A stretch of 64,000 bases of DNA, taken from a virus. The notes under the pieces were generated by a model that made no database searches, was not told the origin of the DNA, and saw only the letters and a list, made by a program, of their open reading frames with translations. The stretch covers positions 31,455 through 95,454 of the IMG/VR virus record IMGVR_UViG_3300042516_005631. The stretch is one strand, 5' to 3'. Of the stretch, positions 29,641 to 38,058 are shown piece by piece. Every line of letters starts with the position of its first letter. The stretch's first letter is position 1. Both the position numbers and the translations under genes were made by a program.

Positions 29641-29949
29641 TTATTCTGGTTCTTGGTATAATCCTGCTGATTCATCATCTTTCATCATTTGAATCAATTT
29701 TGATTCCCTAACATATTTTCGAATTAAAGCAATAATTACTTTAGGTTCCTCAGCAAATTTTATTTTATCATCATTTTTAATTCCAAACCAAGCAATGTTG
29801 AAACCATGATTTGCTGTAAAATCTTCTGATTTAATTCGAATACCATTTACTTTATCTAAGTAGATCCATGGATAATTTCCAACCAATTCTATTTCGATAC
29901 CACAACGTCTTAATCGTTTAACTAAAATTGAAATTACGTCTTCTCCCAT
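29641..29949 (-). CDS. Hypothetical cassette protein (GNYPWIYL)
   Basis: Behind the class A motif at 29966. Confidence 0.65.
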   Translation of the reverse strand: MGEDVISILVKRLRRCGIEIELVGNYPWIYLDKVNGIRIKSEDFTANHGFNIAWFGIKNDDKIKFAEEPKVIIALIRKYVRESKLIQMMKDDESAGLYQEPE

Positions 29950-29999
29950 TTTTTTAATTTAATTTAATATACGAAAGCTCTCTTACGAGAACTAGTCCT

Positions 30000-30389
30000 T
30001 TATTTTGTTAACCAACCAATACTATTCAAATATAAAAGAAATGCTTTAAATTCCTCTAAACCTTGTTTATCAAACATTTCTCTTGCATCAATCATTGAAT
30101 CAGGATTATCTTCTAACACACCAAACATAAAGTTCGGATTATCAACATCATCTTCAACCCAATCTTTTCTATCTGCAGGACGTTTATCTGTTATTTTAAT
30201 GTATGGGTCCGGGTAATGATCATCTAATGTTTCTGCTCCATCTAACATAATCACAGTTGCAACAAAACACCAGTCGTTTGATTCCCAAATACGTTCCATA
30301 CTGAATGTAATATCTTTTTCTTTTATTTCAGGTGTTGGGTTAGTTTCTCTAACATACCATACACCGTTTACTTGAATTCTTTCTTCCAT
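30000..30389 (-). CDS. Cassette protein, paralog of 25949-26356
   Basis: Same shared motifs as 25949-26356. Confidence 0.75.
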   Translation of the reverse strand: MEERIQVNGVWYVRETNPTPEIKEKDITFSMERIWESNDWCFVATVIMLDGAETLDDHYPDPYIKITDKRPADRKDWVEDDVDNPNFMFGVLEDNPDSMIDAREMFDKQGLEEFKAFLLYLNSIGWLTK

Positions 30390-30390
30390 A

Positions 30391-30747
30391 TCATTTATTT
30401 TCAGTTATTTCAATTAACTTTTTAAGACAAGCAAATTCTGCTTCTTCATAGGTGGTAAAATTTTCAAATCCATGTTCATTATTTCCTAAATCTTCCCATC
30501 CACTACAAAAACCATCACCACTAAAGTTAATAAAATTACATAATTGATACTTCTCTCTAAACCATCTAAATGCTTGTTGGTATAGTGGTGCTGATGTAAA
30601 TCCTCTTCTTGAGTAGTTAGGGGATGTATTTTTCATGTTGTCTAAAACAAATTCATTTTCAACCCCATAGTATCCAAAACAAGGTTCATCAAATCCAAGT
30701 TGCTTCATCTTTAAAGCTAACTCATAAGGTACAAATTCTTTTTCCAT
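30391..30747 (-). CDS. Hypothetical phage protein (EFVPYELA.K.KQLGFDEPC family)
   Basis: Behind the class A motif at 30764. Confidence 0.65.
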   Translation of the reverse strand: MEKEFVPYELALKMKQLGFDEPCFGYYGVENEFVLDNMKNTSPNYSRRGFTSAPLYQQAFRWFREKYQLCNFINFSGDGFCSGWEDLGNNEHGFENFTTYEEAEFACLKKLIEITENK

Positions 30748-30797
30748 TCTCTTAATTTTCTCAAATATACGAAATTTTTACTTTAAAACCTATTCCT

Positions 30798-31052
30798 TTA
30801 CTTTAATATAAAATACATTGACAACAAAGCACCTATTGTATAACCTAAAGAACTAGCCAATGCTAAAAAAAACCTACCTTTCCATGTTTTTTCATCTGCA
30901 ACAAAACCAGCAAATGGTAAAGCAATAAACGGACCTACAAATGCCCAAAACATTGTGCTTGTAATGCTTTTATCTGCTACTGAGCTGATGTACATTGTAC
31001 TTCCAACTTCTAAAATTAGAGCTGATATAGAAATGATTAAATACCTATTCAT
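30798..31052 (-). CDS. Three-TM membrane protein
   Basis: Start moved to MNRYLII, which overlaps the stop of 31045-31278. Confidence 0.55.
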   Translation of the reverse strand: MNRYLIISISALILEVGSTMYISSVADKSITSTMFWAFVGPFIALPFAGFVADEKTWKGRFFLALASSLGYTIGALLSMYFILK

Positions 31053-31278
31053 GGTAATTAAAGCAAACAGCCATATATGTTGGTACATAAAACATTTGTC
31101 CTGCACATTCATTATATTTTGTATGTTCTTCGTGTGGCAGGACTTCAAAGTATGACTTTTCCTCGTCATACGAAATTAGACGTGCTTTCATAGTTGGAGA
31201 GATGTTGGTAAATGTTACTCTACCAACTGCCTCTCTAATATGGTTAAGAGTTTTAACACGTTGTGTTACTTGTCTCAT
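31045..31278 (-). CDS. Hypothetical protein
   Basis: Translationally coupled to both neighbours. Confidence 0.55.
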   Translation of the reverse strand: MRQVTQRVKTLNHIREAVGRVTFTNISPTMKARLISYDEEKSYFEVLPHEEHTKYNECAGQMFYVPTYMAVCFNYHE

Positions 31279-31478
31279 TTTTTCATTCTATAAACTATAA
31301 ATGCAATCAAAAGAGCTGTTCCTGCAATCAGTATAGCTGCTGAAATTGGTATCCAAAGCGGGGCTGTAACCCACCACCAACTCCAAGTAATATGACCTGT
31401 TAATTTTAAAGTCATAAATATAAGGAATAGTATCATACCAATTCCAATTCCGTTTGTGTTTGTTTTTTTATCGCTCAT
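31275..31478 (-). CDS. Small membrane protein (LKLTG.I.WSWWWV.APLW family)
   Basis: Motif seen. Confidence 0.7.
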   Translation of the reverse strand: MSDKKTNTNGIGIGMILFLIFMTLKLTGHITWSWWWVTAPLWIPISAAILIAGTALLIAFIVYRMKK

Positions 31479-31582
31479 TTATATATTTTTCTGTTATTTT
31501 AATTTGACGCTCTAATATGTCTATATACTTGTCACGTGATTCAATGTCTTTCTTTAAAATTTCAATTATTTCCTGTTGAATC

Positions 31583-31771
31583 TCAATTATTTTCTCTAGT
31601 TGTTTTCTCTTCATTTTTATTTTCTTTAGATTCTTTTATTTCAGCATAAATTATAGCATAAACAATTGTTAGAATAAATAGAAATAGTGTTTCTACTGTG
31701 AAAAAATAAAGCCCTGCTACTATAGCGGCTAATACTAAAAGTGTTGTTGTTGTTTGTAAATGTGTATTCAT
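31583..31771 (-). CDS. Two-TM small membrane protein
   Basis: Behind the class A motif at 31794. Confidence 0.6.
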   Translation of the reverse strand: MNTHLQTTTTLLVLAAIVAGLYFFTVETLFLFILTIVYAIIYAEIKESKENKNEEKTTRENN

Positions 31772-31832
31772 TTTCTTTTTTTTAATTTATGTTAATATAC
31801 GAAATTTCTTTTGCTCATAAACGTCCTTTTTT

Positions 31833-31868
31833 AAAAAACCTGCCGTATGTTCGTATCCACACGGCAGG
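31833..31868 (-). terminator. Intrinsic terminator after the tRNA-like RNA
   Basis: Stem cctgccgt/acggcagg with a T-run on the minus strand. Confidence 0.7.
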
Positions 31869-31894
31869 AAAAGAAACGGTTATGAAGCGTTTTG

Positions 31895-32001
31895 TAGTCA
31901 GAACAGGATTCGAACCTGTAAGTGGGTTTATTCATTTCATTCTTATATCACCCTTTCATATAATCTTCTAGATAGCGTCTAACCAATTCCGCCACCTGAC
32001 T
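31895..32001 (-). ncRNA. tRNA-like RNA with Leu-type D arm and the anticodon/variable region replaced by an insert of about 55 nt
   Basis: Acceptor AGTCAGG/TCTGACT+A, D region GGCGGAATTGGTTAGACGC, T arm ACAGG-TTCGAAT-CCTGT; no 5-bp/7-nt anticodon arm can be formed. Confidence 0.75.
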
Positions 32002-32010
32002 ATTTTTTGC

Positions 32011-32814
32011 TTAGGCAGCTATAAATTCAGCTGCCATTGCAAATAATTTTTGATTGATTTCTAGGTCTTGTTTGAAATTTTTCACTTTACGTGCTTTTCT
32101 TATTTTAGCACCTGACATATATGTGAATCCTCCATCCAATATTTTCTCTTGGATCACATTAAATACTGACCATAAATCACTGCCTTTATCTTCAGGGCGA
32201 GTTGGTTCAAGTAACAAATCTAAATCAATGTTCATTGCCTCAACTTGTTCTTCCTCGAATCGAGTTGTCAATGCTTTTTTAGCTAATTCTTTTGCTTGCT
32301 CCTCATTCAATTGGATAGCTTTCATTTTATTCATTGATTCAACTGTTAATGGTAATTGTTCAACCATAGCACGGATTTGTGTTTGCAATTCCTCAAATGT
32401 GTAACCCATGTGACGCATTTTTACATCATTGAATTGCTCAGTGGAAATAACTAAACCATTTTCACATACCAAACGAAACAAACCAGCTGTAAATGTAAAT
32501 GCATTTTTTCCGTCATTTGAATTTGTTAATAGGATTTGTGGAAATACTGTATCACCATCTGCTCCATTAATTACTACATCTGGGTTACGGAATACAACTA
32601 AGTGTTTTTGGAAACCAACACCTTTTCTCGCTTTAACTTCTTTAGCATCAATTACACTCCATCCTAATTGAGCCATATCCTCAATTACTTTGTAAGTTGG
32701 AATATGTGTGAATTTAGATGAAACTGTTGGGGAAGCTGTTTCGGTGAATACTGATTTTGCTCTTTCTTTGATTTCGTTGGTTGTTAAAAAACCATCACTT
32801 TTCAAATTTAACAT
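32011..32814 (-). CDS. DUF932/DUF945-family protein
   Basis: VSSKF.HIPT..VI...GW, KHLVVFR, PQILLTNSNDG..AF...AGLFRLVCENGL and LWSVFNVIQE. Confidence 0.8.
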   Translation of the reverse strand: MLNLKSDGFLTTNEIKERAKSVFTETASPTVSSKFTHIPTYKVIEDMAQLGWSVIDAKEVKARKGVGFQKHLVVFRNPDVVINGADGDTVFPQILLTNSNDGKNAFTFTAGLFRLVCENGLVISTEQFNDVKMRHMGYTFEELQTQIRAMVEQLPLTVESMNKMKAIQLNEEQAKELAKKALTTRFEEEQVEAMNIDLDLLLEPTRPEDKGSDLWSVFNVIQEKILDGGFTYMSGAKIRKARKVKNFKQDLEINQKLFAMAAEFIAA

Positions 32815-32890
32815 AACTTTTCTTTTTTTAATTTAACTTTCTTTTCTTAATTTACTTTAATATACGAAAACTTTTTTAAATATCCAAATT

Positions 32891-33226
32891 TTATTTGTAA
32901 AATTTATTATCATCTATTTCAAAATCGAAATCATCTTCTACCTTGTAATAGTCATCTTCTATTTCCAAATCATCAAATTCATCTTCTGGGTCTCTATATT
33001 CAGGTAACAATCCAGCTTTCTCTACTATCCACCAAACTCTATCTTTGAATAGATCAATTGAAGTGCCATTTATTTCTGTAATACCATTTTCGGTAAGTAA
33101 TGCTAGTTCCATAATTAACTCGCATGTTAAATCATCAATTTGCTCTGTTGTCAATTCACCTGCTTTGAATTTTGTCTTTAAATCCAAAAATTTTGTCTCG
33201 ATAATGTGTTTTTCTTTCTTTGCCAT
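32891..33226 (-). CDS. Hypothetical protein with very acidic C-terminal tail
   Basis: D/E-rich tail of about 30 aa. Confidence 0.6.
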   Translation of the reverse strand: MAKKEKHIIETKFLDLKTKFKAGELTTEQIDDLTCELIMELALLTENGITEINGTSIDLFKDRVWWIVEKAGLLPEYRDPEDEFDDLEIEDDYYKVEDDFDFEIDDNKFYK

Positions 33227-33231
33227 AACTT

Positions 33232-33459
33232 TTATTTGTTTAATTCGTCTCTAATAACTACTGCCAGTTCATATTCTTCATTTTCAATAGCGTATTGTAA
33301 CATATCTTCAATTAATGCTCTAAAATCACCATCAAACGCATCATCAAGAATACGTTGTAATCTTATTTTATCATCAATGTCTAATTTACTATCTCTGATA
33401 ATTGGGTAAAAATCATTGTTGCTTCTTGCTATTTGCTCTAAAATTCTTCTTTCGTTCAT
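33232..33459 (-). CDS. UVR (UvrB/UvrC) motif protein
   Basis: LQYAIENEEYELAVVIRDEL. Confidence 0.75.
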   Translation of the reverse strand: MNERRILEQIARSNNDFYPIIRDSKLDIDDKIRLQRILDDAFDGDFRALIEDMLQYAIENEEYELAVVIRDELNK

Positions 33460-33520
33460 AACCTTTATTTTTTTCTTACTTGAAATATACGAAAGCCCTC
33501 TTACGAGGGCTATTCCTCTT

Positions 33521-34282
33521 TTAAAGAGCTAATGCGTATTGATCAGCTAAGCTAAATAATTGCTGATTTAAAATAATATCAGTGTTGAAATTAGATACAT
33601 CAGCAGTTAGATTTTCTTGTACTCTGTTGAATACTGTCCATAAATCATTGCTTTCATCTTCAATTCGATTAACTGAAAGTAAATCATTTATAGTAATGTC
33701 AGATATTTGATCTTCGCTATATCTTAATTGAGCGGCTTTATGAGCAAATTCTCTTGCTTCCTCTACAGTCATATTTTTGTTTTGTAATATACCAAAACTC
33801 TCTAATACTTTATCTGTTTTGTTATTTACTGATTGAATAAATCGCTGTAAATCTCTAGCATTAATTTCGGTATGTTTGATTTGCGTGCTTTCTCCGTGTT
33901 GATCAAAAGCAATTGCTCCATTGGAACATACCTGTCTATATATTCCTAAATCCATTGTTAATGGTTTATTTCCGTTACAACTATTTGATATAGTAAGAGA
34001 TGATACAGCTTCTGTTTTACCTAGTTTATTTTTTAAACTGAAATCAGGATGATGTAATTGAACATAATTTGATGTTATTTTACGATTTTTTCCTCTTTGT
34101 TCAGCTACTCCTTTTAATAGCCAACCATCGTTCTGTAACATTTCAAGTACTTCTAATGTTGGAATATAGAATGGTTTTTGTTTGATTCGTTGAACATTTT
34201 TAATGTTGTTTGAATCTAATGTGTTAGCAAATGCTACTGCTTTGTTGATGTTGTTATCAACAGGGATAAATTTGTACTTCAT
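33521..34282 (-). CDS. DUF932/DUF945-family protein (second paralog)
   Basis: YIPT.EV...GW, LTISNSCNG, GIYRQVCSNGAI and LWTVFNRVQE. Confidence 0.8.
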   Translation of the reverse strand: MKYKFIPVDNNINKAVAFANTLDSNNIKNVQRIKQKPFYIPTLEVLEMLQNDGWLLKGVAEQRGKNRKITSNYVQLHHPDFSLKNKLGKTEAVSSLTISNSCNGNKPLTMDLGIYRQVCSNGAIAFDQHGESTQIKHTEINARDLQRFIQSVNNKTDKVLESFGILQNKNMTVEEAREFAHKAAQLRYSEDQISDITINDLLSVNRIEDESNDLWTVFNRVQENLTADVSNFNTDIILNQQLFSLADQYALAL

Positions 34283-34341
34283 AGTTTTTCTTTTTTAATT
34301 ATACTTTAATATACGAAAGGGAGATTACTCTCCCTATTCCT

Positions 34342-35145
34342 TTAATCAGCTTTTTCCATCTCGTATGCGTAATGTACTCCTTCGTTATAGATTGAAAAGA
34401 ATACTTTAAAGTCCTTATCGCAATCTCTATTTTTTTCAAAAAACAACGAACGCTCTAATCCATCTTTACTTCTTTCTACTTTACAAAATGCTTCCATCAT
34501 ATGTTTCAATCTGTTTGATCCTGCAAAATCATCTGATTTTGTTACTTGTTGAATATTGATGAATGATGTATAGTAACCGTTTTTATTTTTACCTTTTTTA
34601 GTATCGTCTTGTAACTTCAAAAACCATGATTCAGCTTGTTTTGATGTACCTCCGTTTTGATCTTTATACATATCTAATACTTCTGCAATTGAATCTATTC
34701 CTATTACATCATATCCTAAGTTAAATACATATTCAATCGTTTCCTTTACATTGCTCATATGATCTTTCAAAAACAATGTTTGAACACAACTAAATGAAGG
34801 CATTCTTCTACAGTATTTGTAATGTCCTATTTGATCCATTTCTCCTTGTATCAACAAACATTTCAATCCTTGCATAGTAAATTTAGATAACATATCCATT
34901 ACTATAGTTGATTTACCTGAACCTGGTCCGCCTGCAATCATCATTGACGTACCTGGCATTAAACCGCCTTCAGTAGATAAAATAACATCTATTTCTGTAT
35001 TTGTTTTTAATGGTCTAAATAACGATTCATTGAATTGTAAATCACTACCTCTAAATAGTTTTACTTCATTTGGATTAAACTCTACAATTGGAGCTTGTTT
35101 TGCTGGTCTTCCTCTTCGCTTCATTTCTCTTTTTTCAATTTTCAT
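34342..35145 (-). CDS. RadA/Sms-like RecA-fold ATPase with N-terminal AT-hook; no Zn finger or Lon-like domain
   Basis: GGLMPG, Walker A GGPGSGKST, Walker B IGIDSI, QVTKSDDFAGSNRLKHM, KNR; N-terminal KRRGRPAK. Confidence 0.8.
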   Translation of the reverse strand: MKIEKREMKRRGRPAKQAPIVEFNPNEVKLFRGSDLQFNESLFRPLKTNTEIDVILSTEGGLMPGTSMMIAGGPGSGKSTIVMDMLSKFTMQGLKCLLIQGEMDQIGHYKYCRRMPSFSCVQTLFLKDHMSNVKETIEYVFNLGYDVIGIDSIAEVLDMYKDQNGGTSKQAESWFLKLQDDTKKGKNKNGYYTSFINIQQVTKSDDFAGSNRLKHMMEAFCKVERSKDGLERSLFFEKNRDCDKDFKVFFSIYNEGVHYAYEMEKAD

Positions 35146-35209
35146 AACTTTTCTTTTTTTAATTTATACTTTAATATACGAATTTACTTTAATATCTTCT
35201 ATTCCTCTG

Positions 35210-35431
35210 TTAATGATTTTTAACATTACGTTCCCAATATACATAACCAGGAGTAGTATCTTCAATTGGGGGATTTGCTTTTGCGTTGAAATATATTCCT
35301 ATTGATAGTATTGTATTCAACCAAAACCATATAGCATATTTACCTGTATGTCCTTTAATATACCATCTAACAAACCAAATTGCTAATCCAATTACAAATA
35401 AAGATGATATTAATTTAAATATTGCTTTCAT
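35210..35431 (-). CDS. Two-TM membrane protein
   Basis: Behind the class A motif at 35450. Confidence 0.6.
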   Translation of the reverse strand: MKAIFKLISSLFVIGLAIWFVRWYIKGHTGKYAIWFWLNTILSIGIYFNAKANPPIEDTTPGYVYWERNVKNH

Positions 35432-35483
35432 TTTCTCAATTTATACTTTAATATACGAACTTTCTTTTAAATATCTTTGTCCT

Positions 35484-35690
35484 TTACAAAAAATATTTTT
35501 CTAATTTAAATGAAGTCCCTCTTTGAATTGTTTTAACTTGAGAGTCGTTTGTTAATGGTTTAGCTTCATCTAAATCATCACTAAATGCTGGGTAACCGCC
35601 TTTCAATCCACAGAATACTTGAGCGTATTCGTTTAGAACTATGAATTGAATTTCTTTTTGTTTGAGTTTTTTATCTAATACTATTTTCAT
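35484..35690 (-). CDS. Hypothetical protein
   Basis: Behind the class A motif at 35709. Confidence 0.6.
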   Translation of the reverse strand: MKIVLDKKLKQKEIQFIVLNEYAQVFCGLKGGYPAFSDDLDEAKPLTNDSQVKTIQRGTSFKLEKYFL

Positions 35691-35725
35691 TCCCTTTTAT
35701 TTGACGGGAATATACGAAAGAGATT

Positions 35726-35944
35726 TTAAATAACCTCTTCCTCTATAATTTCTGCTTCTTGAACAGTTTCAACAAACATAAAATGTATTTCATTTCTCAA
35801 TACGTGATCAACTTTGTATAGAGTTTCCATACATTCTTTAACCATATCTAACTCAATTTTACCACTTGCATGAGTAAATGATGCTAAAGGTATTTTTTTA
35901 TGTATAATATAATATTTGTCGTTATGTTTGTATAGTTGTTTCAT
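35726..35944 (-). CDS. Hypothetical protein
   Basis: ATGA coupling to the upstream gene. Confidence 0.6.
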   Translation of the reverse strand: MKQLYKHNDKYYIIHKKIPLASFTHASGKIELDMVKECMETLYKVDHVLRNEIHFMFVETVQEAEIIEEEVI

Positions 35945-36177
35945 TTAATGTTATATTGTTTTTTAAATGATGCTATAAATGACTTTCCAATCCCAATATC
36001 AACCACATCACACCCATCTGGTATGAGTGGCTTTCGTTTTGAAGGGTTCAATATTGTGTCAACTTCAGATTCAGTAACCAACATATAGTATTTTTTTCCA
36101 GTTGGTTTTTTATATACTACCACTATTGGTATTTTTTCCTCTGATGGTCTGCCTTTACCCTCGTGTGTTATTTTCAT
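35941..36177 (-). CDS. Hypothetical protein with N-terminal KGRP
   Basis: ATGA coupling on both sides. Confidence 0.6.
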   Translation of the reverse strand: MKITHEGKGRPSEEKIPIVVVYKKPTGKKYYMLVTESEVDTILNPSKRKPLIPDGCDVVDIGIGKSFIASFKKQYNIK

Positions 36178-36767
36178 TTTAAGTATTTTTTACGTAAAAT
36201 TAAATCGTAGTAATTGATTGTTTCCTCTCCTTCTTTTGAATGTCTAGTCCAAATGTTTGGAAATTCTGTTTTACATTGCTCAATACGCTCTGCTTTTGAT
36301 TTTATTTTGTCAGTGTAATATTCATAGTATATCCATGACTCCCAATAATGATCTTGTTCAGGTGCATTCCATGTAATTGCTATTTGATATCCAAAAAACA
36401 CAAATGACCAAACTGGAGCCCATTCAAAACGAATATCTTTATCTGTCCATTTTGTTTTCCATCCCAATTCAACAAAGTCAATACCAATACGTTTGTTTTT
36501 TGGGTAGGTATATCTCATTGCGCGAGCATATGCAGTGTCATAATCGGGTACTGTTTGGGGTGATCCATATTTTGCATTGCGTTCATTAAAATCTTCTACA
36601 CGTTTTATCTGGCGTAATGCATCTTCGTGAGCTAATGCCGGAGTTGCTTTAACCCATTTACGTGGGTAGAAGTATGGTGTACCAACAGCTGTTTTCCCAA
36701 TATAAAACCTTGGTTTAAGTGGTTTGAATGGAGAGAAATATGCTTTTAAATATCTTAAATTTTTCAT
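36174..36767 (-). CDS. Hypothetical Trp-rich protein
   Basis: Behind the class A motif at 36778. Confidence 0.65.
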   Translation of the reverse strand: MKNLRYLKAYFSPFKPLKPRFYIGKTAVGTPYFYPRKWVKATPALAHEDALRQIKRVEDFNERNAKYGSPQTVPDYDTAYARAMRYTYPKNKRIGIDFVELGWKTKWTDKDIRFEWAPVWSFVFFGYQIAITWNAPEQDHYWESWIYYEYYTDKIKSKAERIEQCKTEFPNIWTRHSKEGEETINYYDLILRKKYLK

Positions 36768-36811
36768 TTTTTCTTTTAATATACAAAACCTTTTTTAAAT
36801 AACCTAGTCCT

Positions 36812-37396
36812 TTAATCCCACCAAGATTCAATATTCTCCTCTAGTATTTTAAATAATAGTTTACGAGAGCGTTCTTGATTTTCATGTGCTACAAACATTG
36901 CAATTCTACGTTTGTCATTTGAATCCATAATATCGTCTTTTTCTAGATATTTGGATAATGCATCTCCACCATTTAGTACTTTTTTGTATTGTCTAGGATA
37001 TTTGGCAAAGTATTCATCGTAACTTTCTGAATGTGTGGTGTCTTTTATTTCAAACCATTGTTTGGTCTCGTCTGTTGGAACAAATTCATATTCAACATCG
37101 TGGTAGTCTAGATGTTCAGTTCCATATAGATCTTCTATTTGGATTTGAATTAAACGAGCACATAAAAACATTTTTTCAGCATCACGTTCTGCTTCAGTAT
37201 GGAAACCATTTTTATGAATATGTTGTGCTTGAAATTCTAGTTTGGTTTTAAGTATTTTGTAAATATAGTGTTGATCCCAATCTCGATCTTCCCATATTAC
37301 AGGAAACCATTTCCATAGGTTTTTAACACCATTAGCAAAGTTTTTATGATAATATCTACCATCAAATTTCCACCACAATCTAATTCTTTCGATCAT
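36812..37396 (-). CDS. Conserved phage protein (W.P.IW.DRDWD...WWD family)
   Basis: Motif seen. Confidence 0.7.
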   Translation of the reverse strand: MIERIRLWWKFDGRYYHKNFANGVKNLWKWFPVIWEDRDWDQHYIYKILKTKLEFQAQHIHKNGFHTEAERDAEKMFLCARLIQIQIEDLYGTEHLDYHDVEYEFVPTDETKQWFEIKDTTHSESYDEYFAKYPRQYKKVLNGGDALSKYLEKDDIMDSNDKRRIAMFVAHENQERSRKLLFKILEENIESWWD

Positions 37397-37716
37397 ATTT
37401 TAAATAATTCGTAATTGCTATTTTGTGTTTTGAATTTAATATAGTCTTCTTTTTGCTCTACAATTTCAGTTACATCTGTGGTTTGCCAAACAAAGAACTG
37501 ATTGAATGGAGACATTAATAATGATCTACCTATTGCTGGTTCTGTATGTTTTTCTTTGAAACGTCCTTCTTCATTGAATTCCAACCACATTACATCTTCT
37601 GATTGTTTTGTTAAGCCATCACGTTCTCTTACGAGCCTATATTTTGGTTGAACAGTTATAACTTCAGCTAAATCTTCTAGATTAACTGGTATTTTAATTT
37701 GATTCAGTTTGCTCAT
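37393..37716 (-). CDS. Conserved phage protein (W.TT.VTEI...FKT.NS.Y)
   Basis: Motif seen. Confidence 0.65.
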   Translation of the reverse strand: MSKLNQIKIPVNLEDLAEVITVQPKYRLVRERDGLTKQSEDVMWLEFNEEGRFKEKHTEPAIGRSLLMSPFNQFFVWQTTDVTEIVEQKEDYIKFKTQNSNYELFKI

Positions 37717-38008
37717 TTGTTGTATATGTTAAATTGCTAAATTTCAATCCCCACATTAATCCAATCATTTGCATTTGACGCTCAGCCATTTTAGCATAGT
37801 ATCTGAGATTCTTCATAAGATATTTCTTGCCCCATTTTTGCCATTCATCATATTGAGTTTCAGTCATAGTCCATTCTTGATACCAAGCATCTTTACGATC
37901 CTTTACATCATCATATGTCACATTATGACCAGCAATTTCAAACATTTTGTTGATCATATCAACAACCATTTGTTTTTCTTTTTCGTCTCTACTTAATCTC
38001 TTTGCCAT
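37694..38008 (-). CDS. Hypothetical protein
   Basis: Start moved to MAKRLS, just downstream of the class A motif at 38024. Confidence 0.6.
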   Translation of the reverse strand: MAKRLSRDEKEKQMVVDMINKMFEIAGHNVTYDDVKDRKDAWYQEWTMTETQYDEWQKWGKKYLMKNLRYYAKMAERQMQMIGLMWGLKFSNLTYTTNEQTESN

Positions 38009-38058
38009 CTTATTTTTTCTTTTAATATACAAAACTTTTTTTAAATATCCTATTCCTT

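Larger units (their letters stand above)
19647..38057 (-). promoter_or_regulatory. Class A motif array: 35 copies of (A/G)GGA-N20-TTCGTATATT, one per gene cassette
   Basis: On the plus strand: aatatacgaa + exactly 20 nt + tcct, starting at 19647, 20050, 20250, 20620, 20761, 20979, 21241, 21492, 21755, 22040, 23029, 23473, 24014, 24232, 24660, 24936, 25237, 25518, 25932, 26376, 26801, 27557, 27971, 28775, 28983, 29966, 30764, 31794, 33484, 34308, 35173, 35450, 35709, 36778 and 38024. 32 have AGGA, 2 GGGA and 1 GGGC; a few carry one -10 substitution. Confidence 0.9.

Noticed and set aside
19647-38057. Class A repeats as a CRISPR array (a Cas4-like gene is present)
   Set aside because: The units are gapped motifs separated by 0.1-2 kb of genes rather than 30-40 nt spacers; no cas1 or cas2.
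19647-38057. AGGA box as a Shine-Dalgarno sequence
   Set aside because: It lies about 40-80 nt from start codons and is fixed relative to TTCGTATATT, not to the ATG.
19647-38057. Classical integron attC array
   Set aside because: No consistent RYYYAAC/GTTRRRY palindromes, and no tyrosine recombinase in the window.
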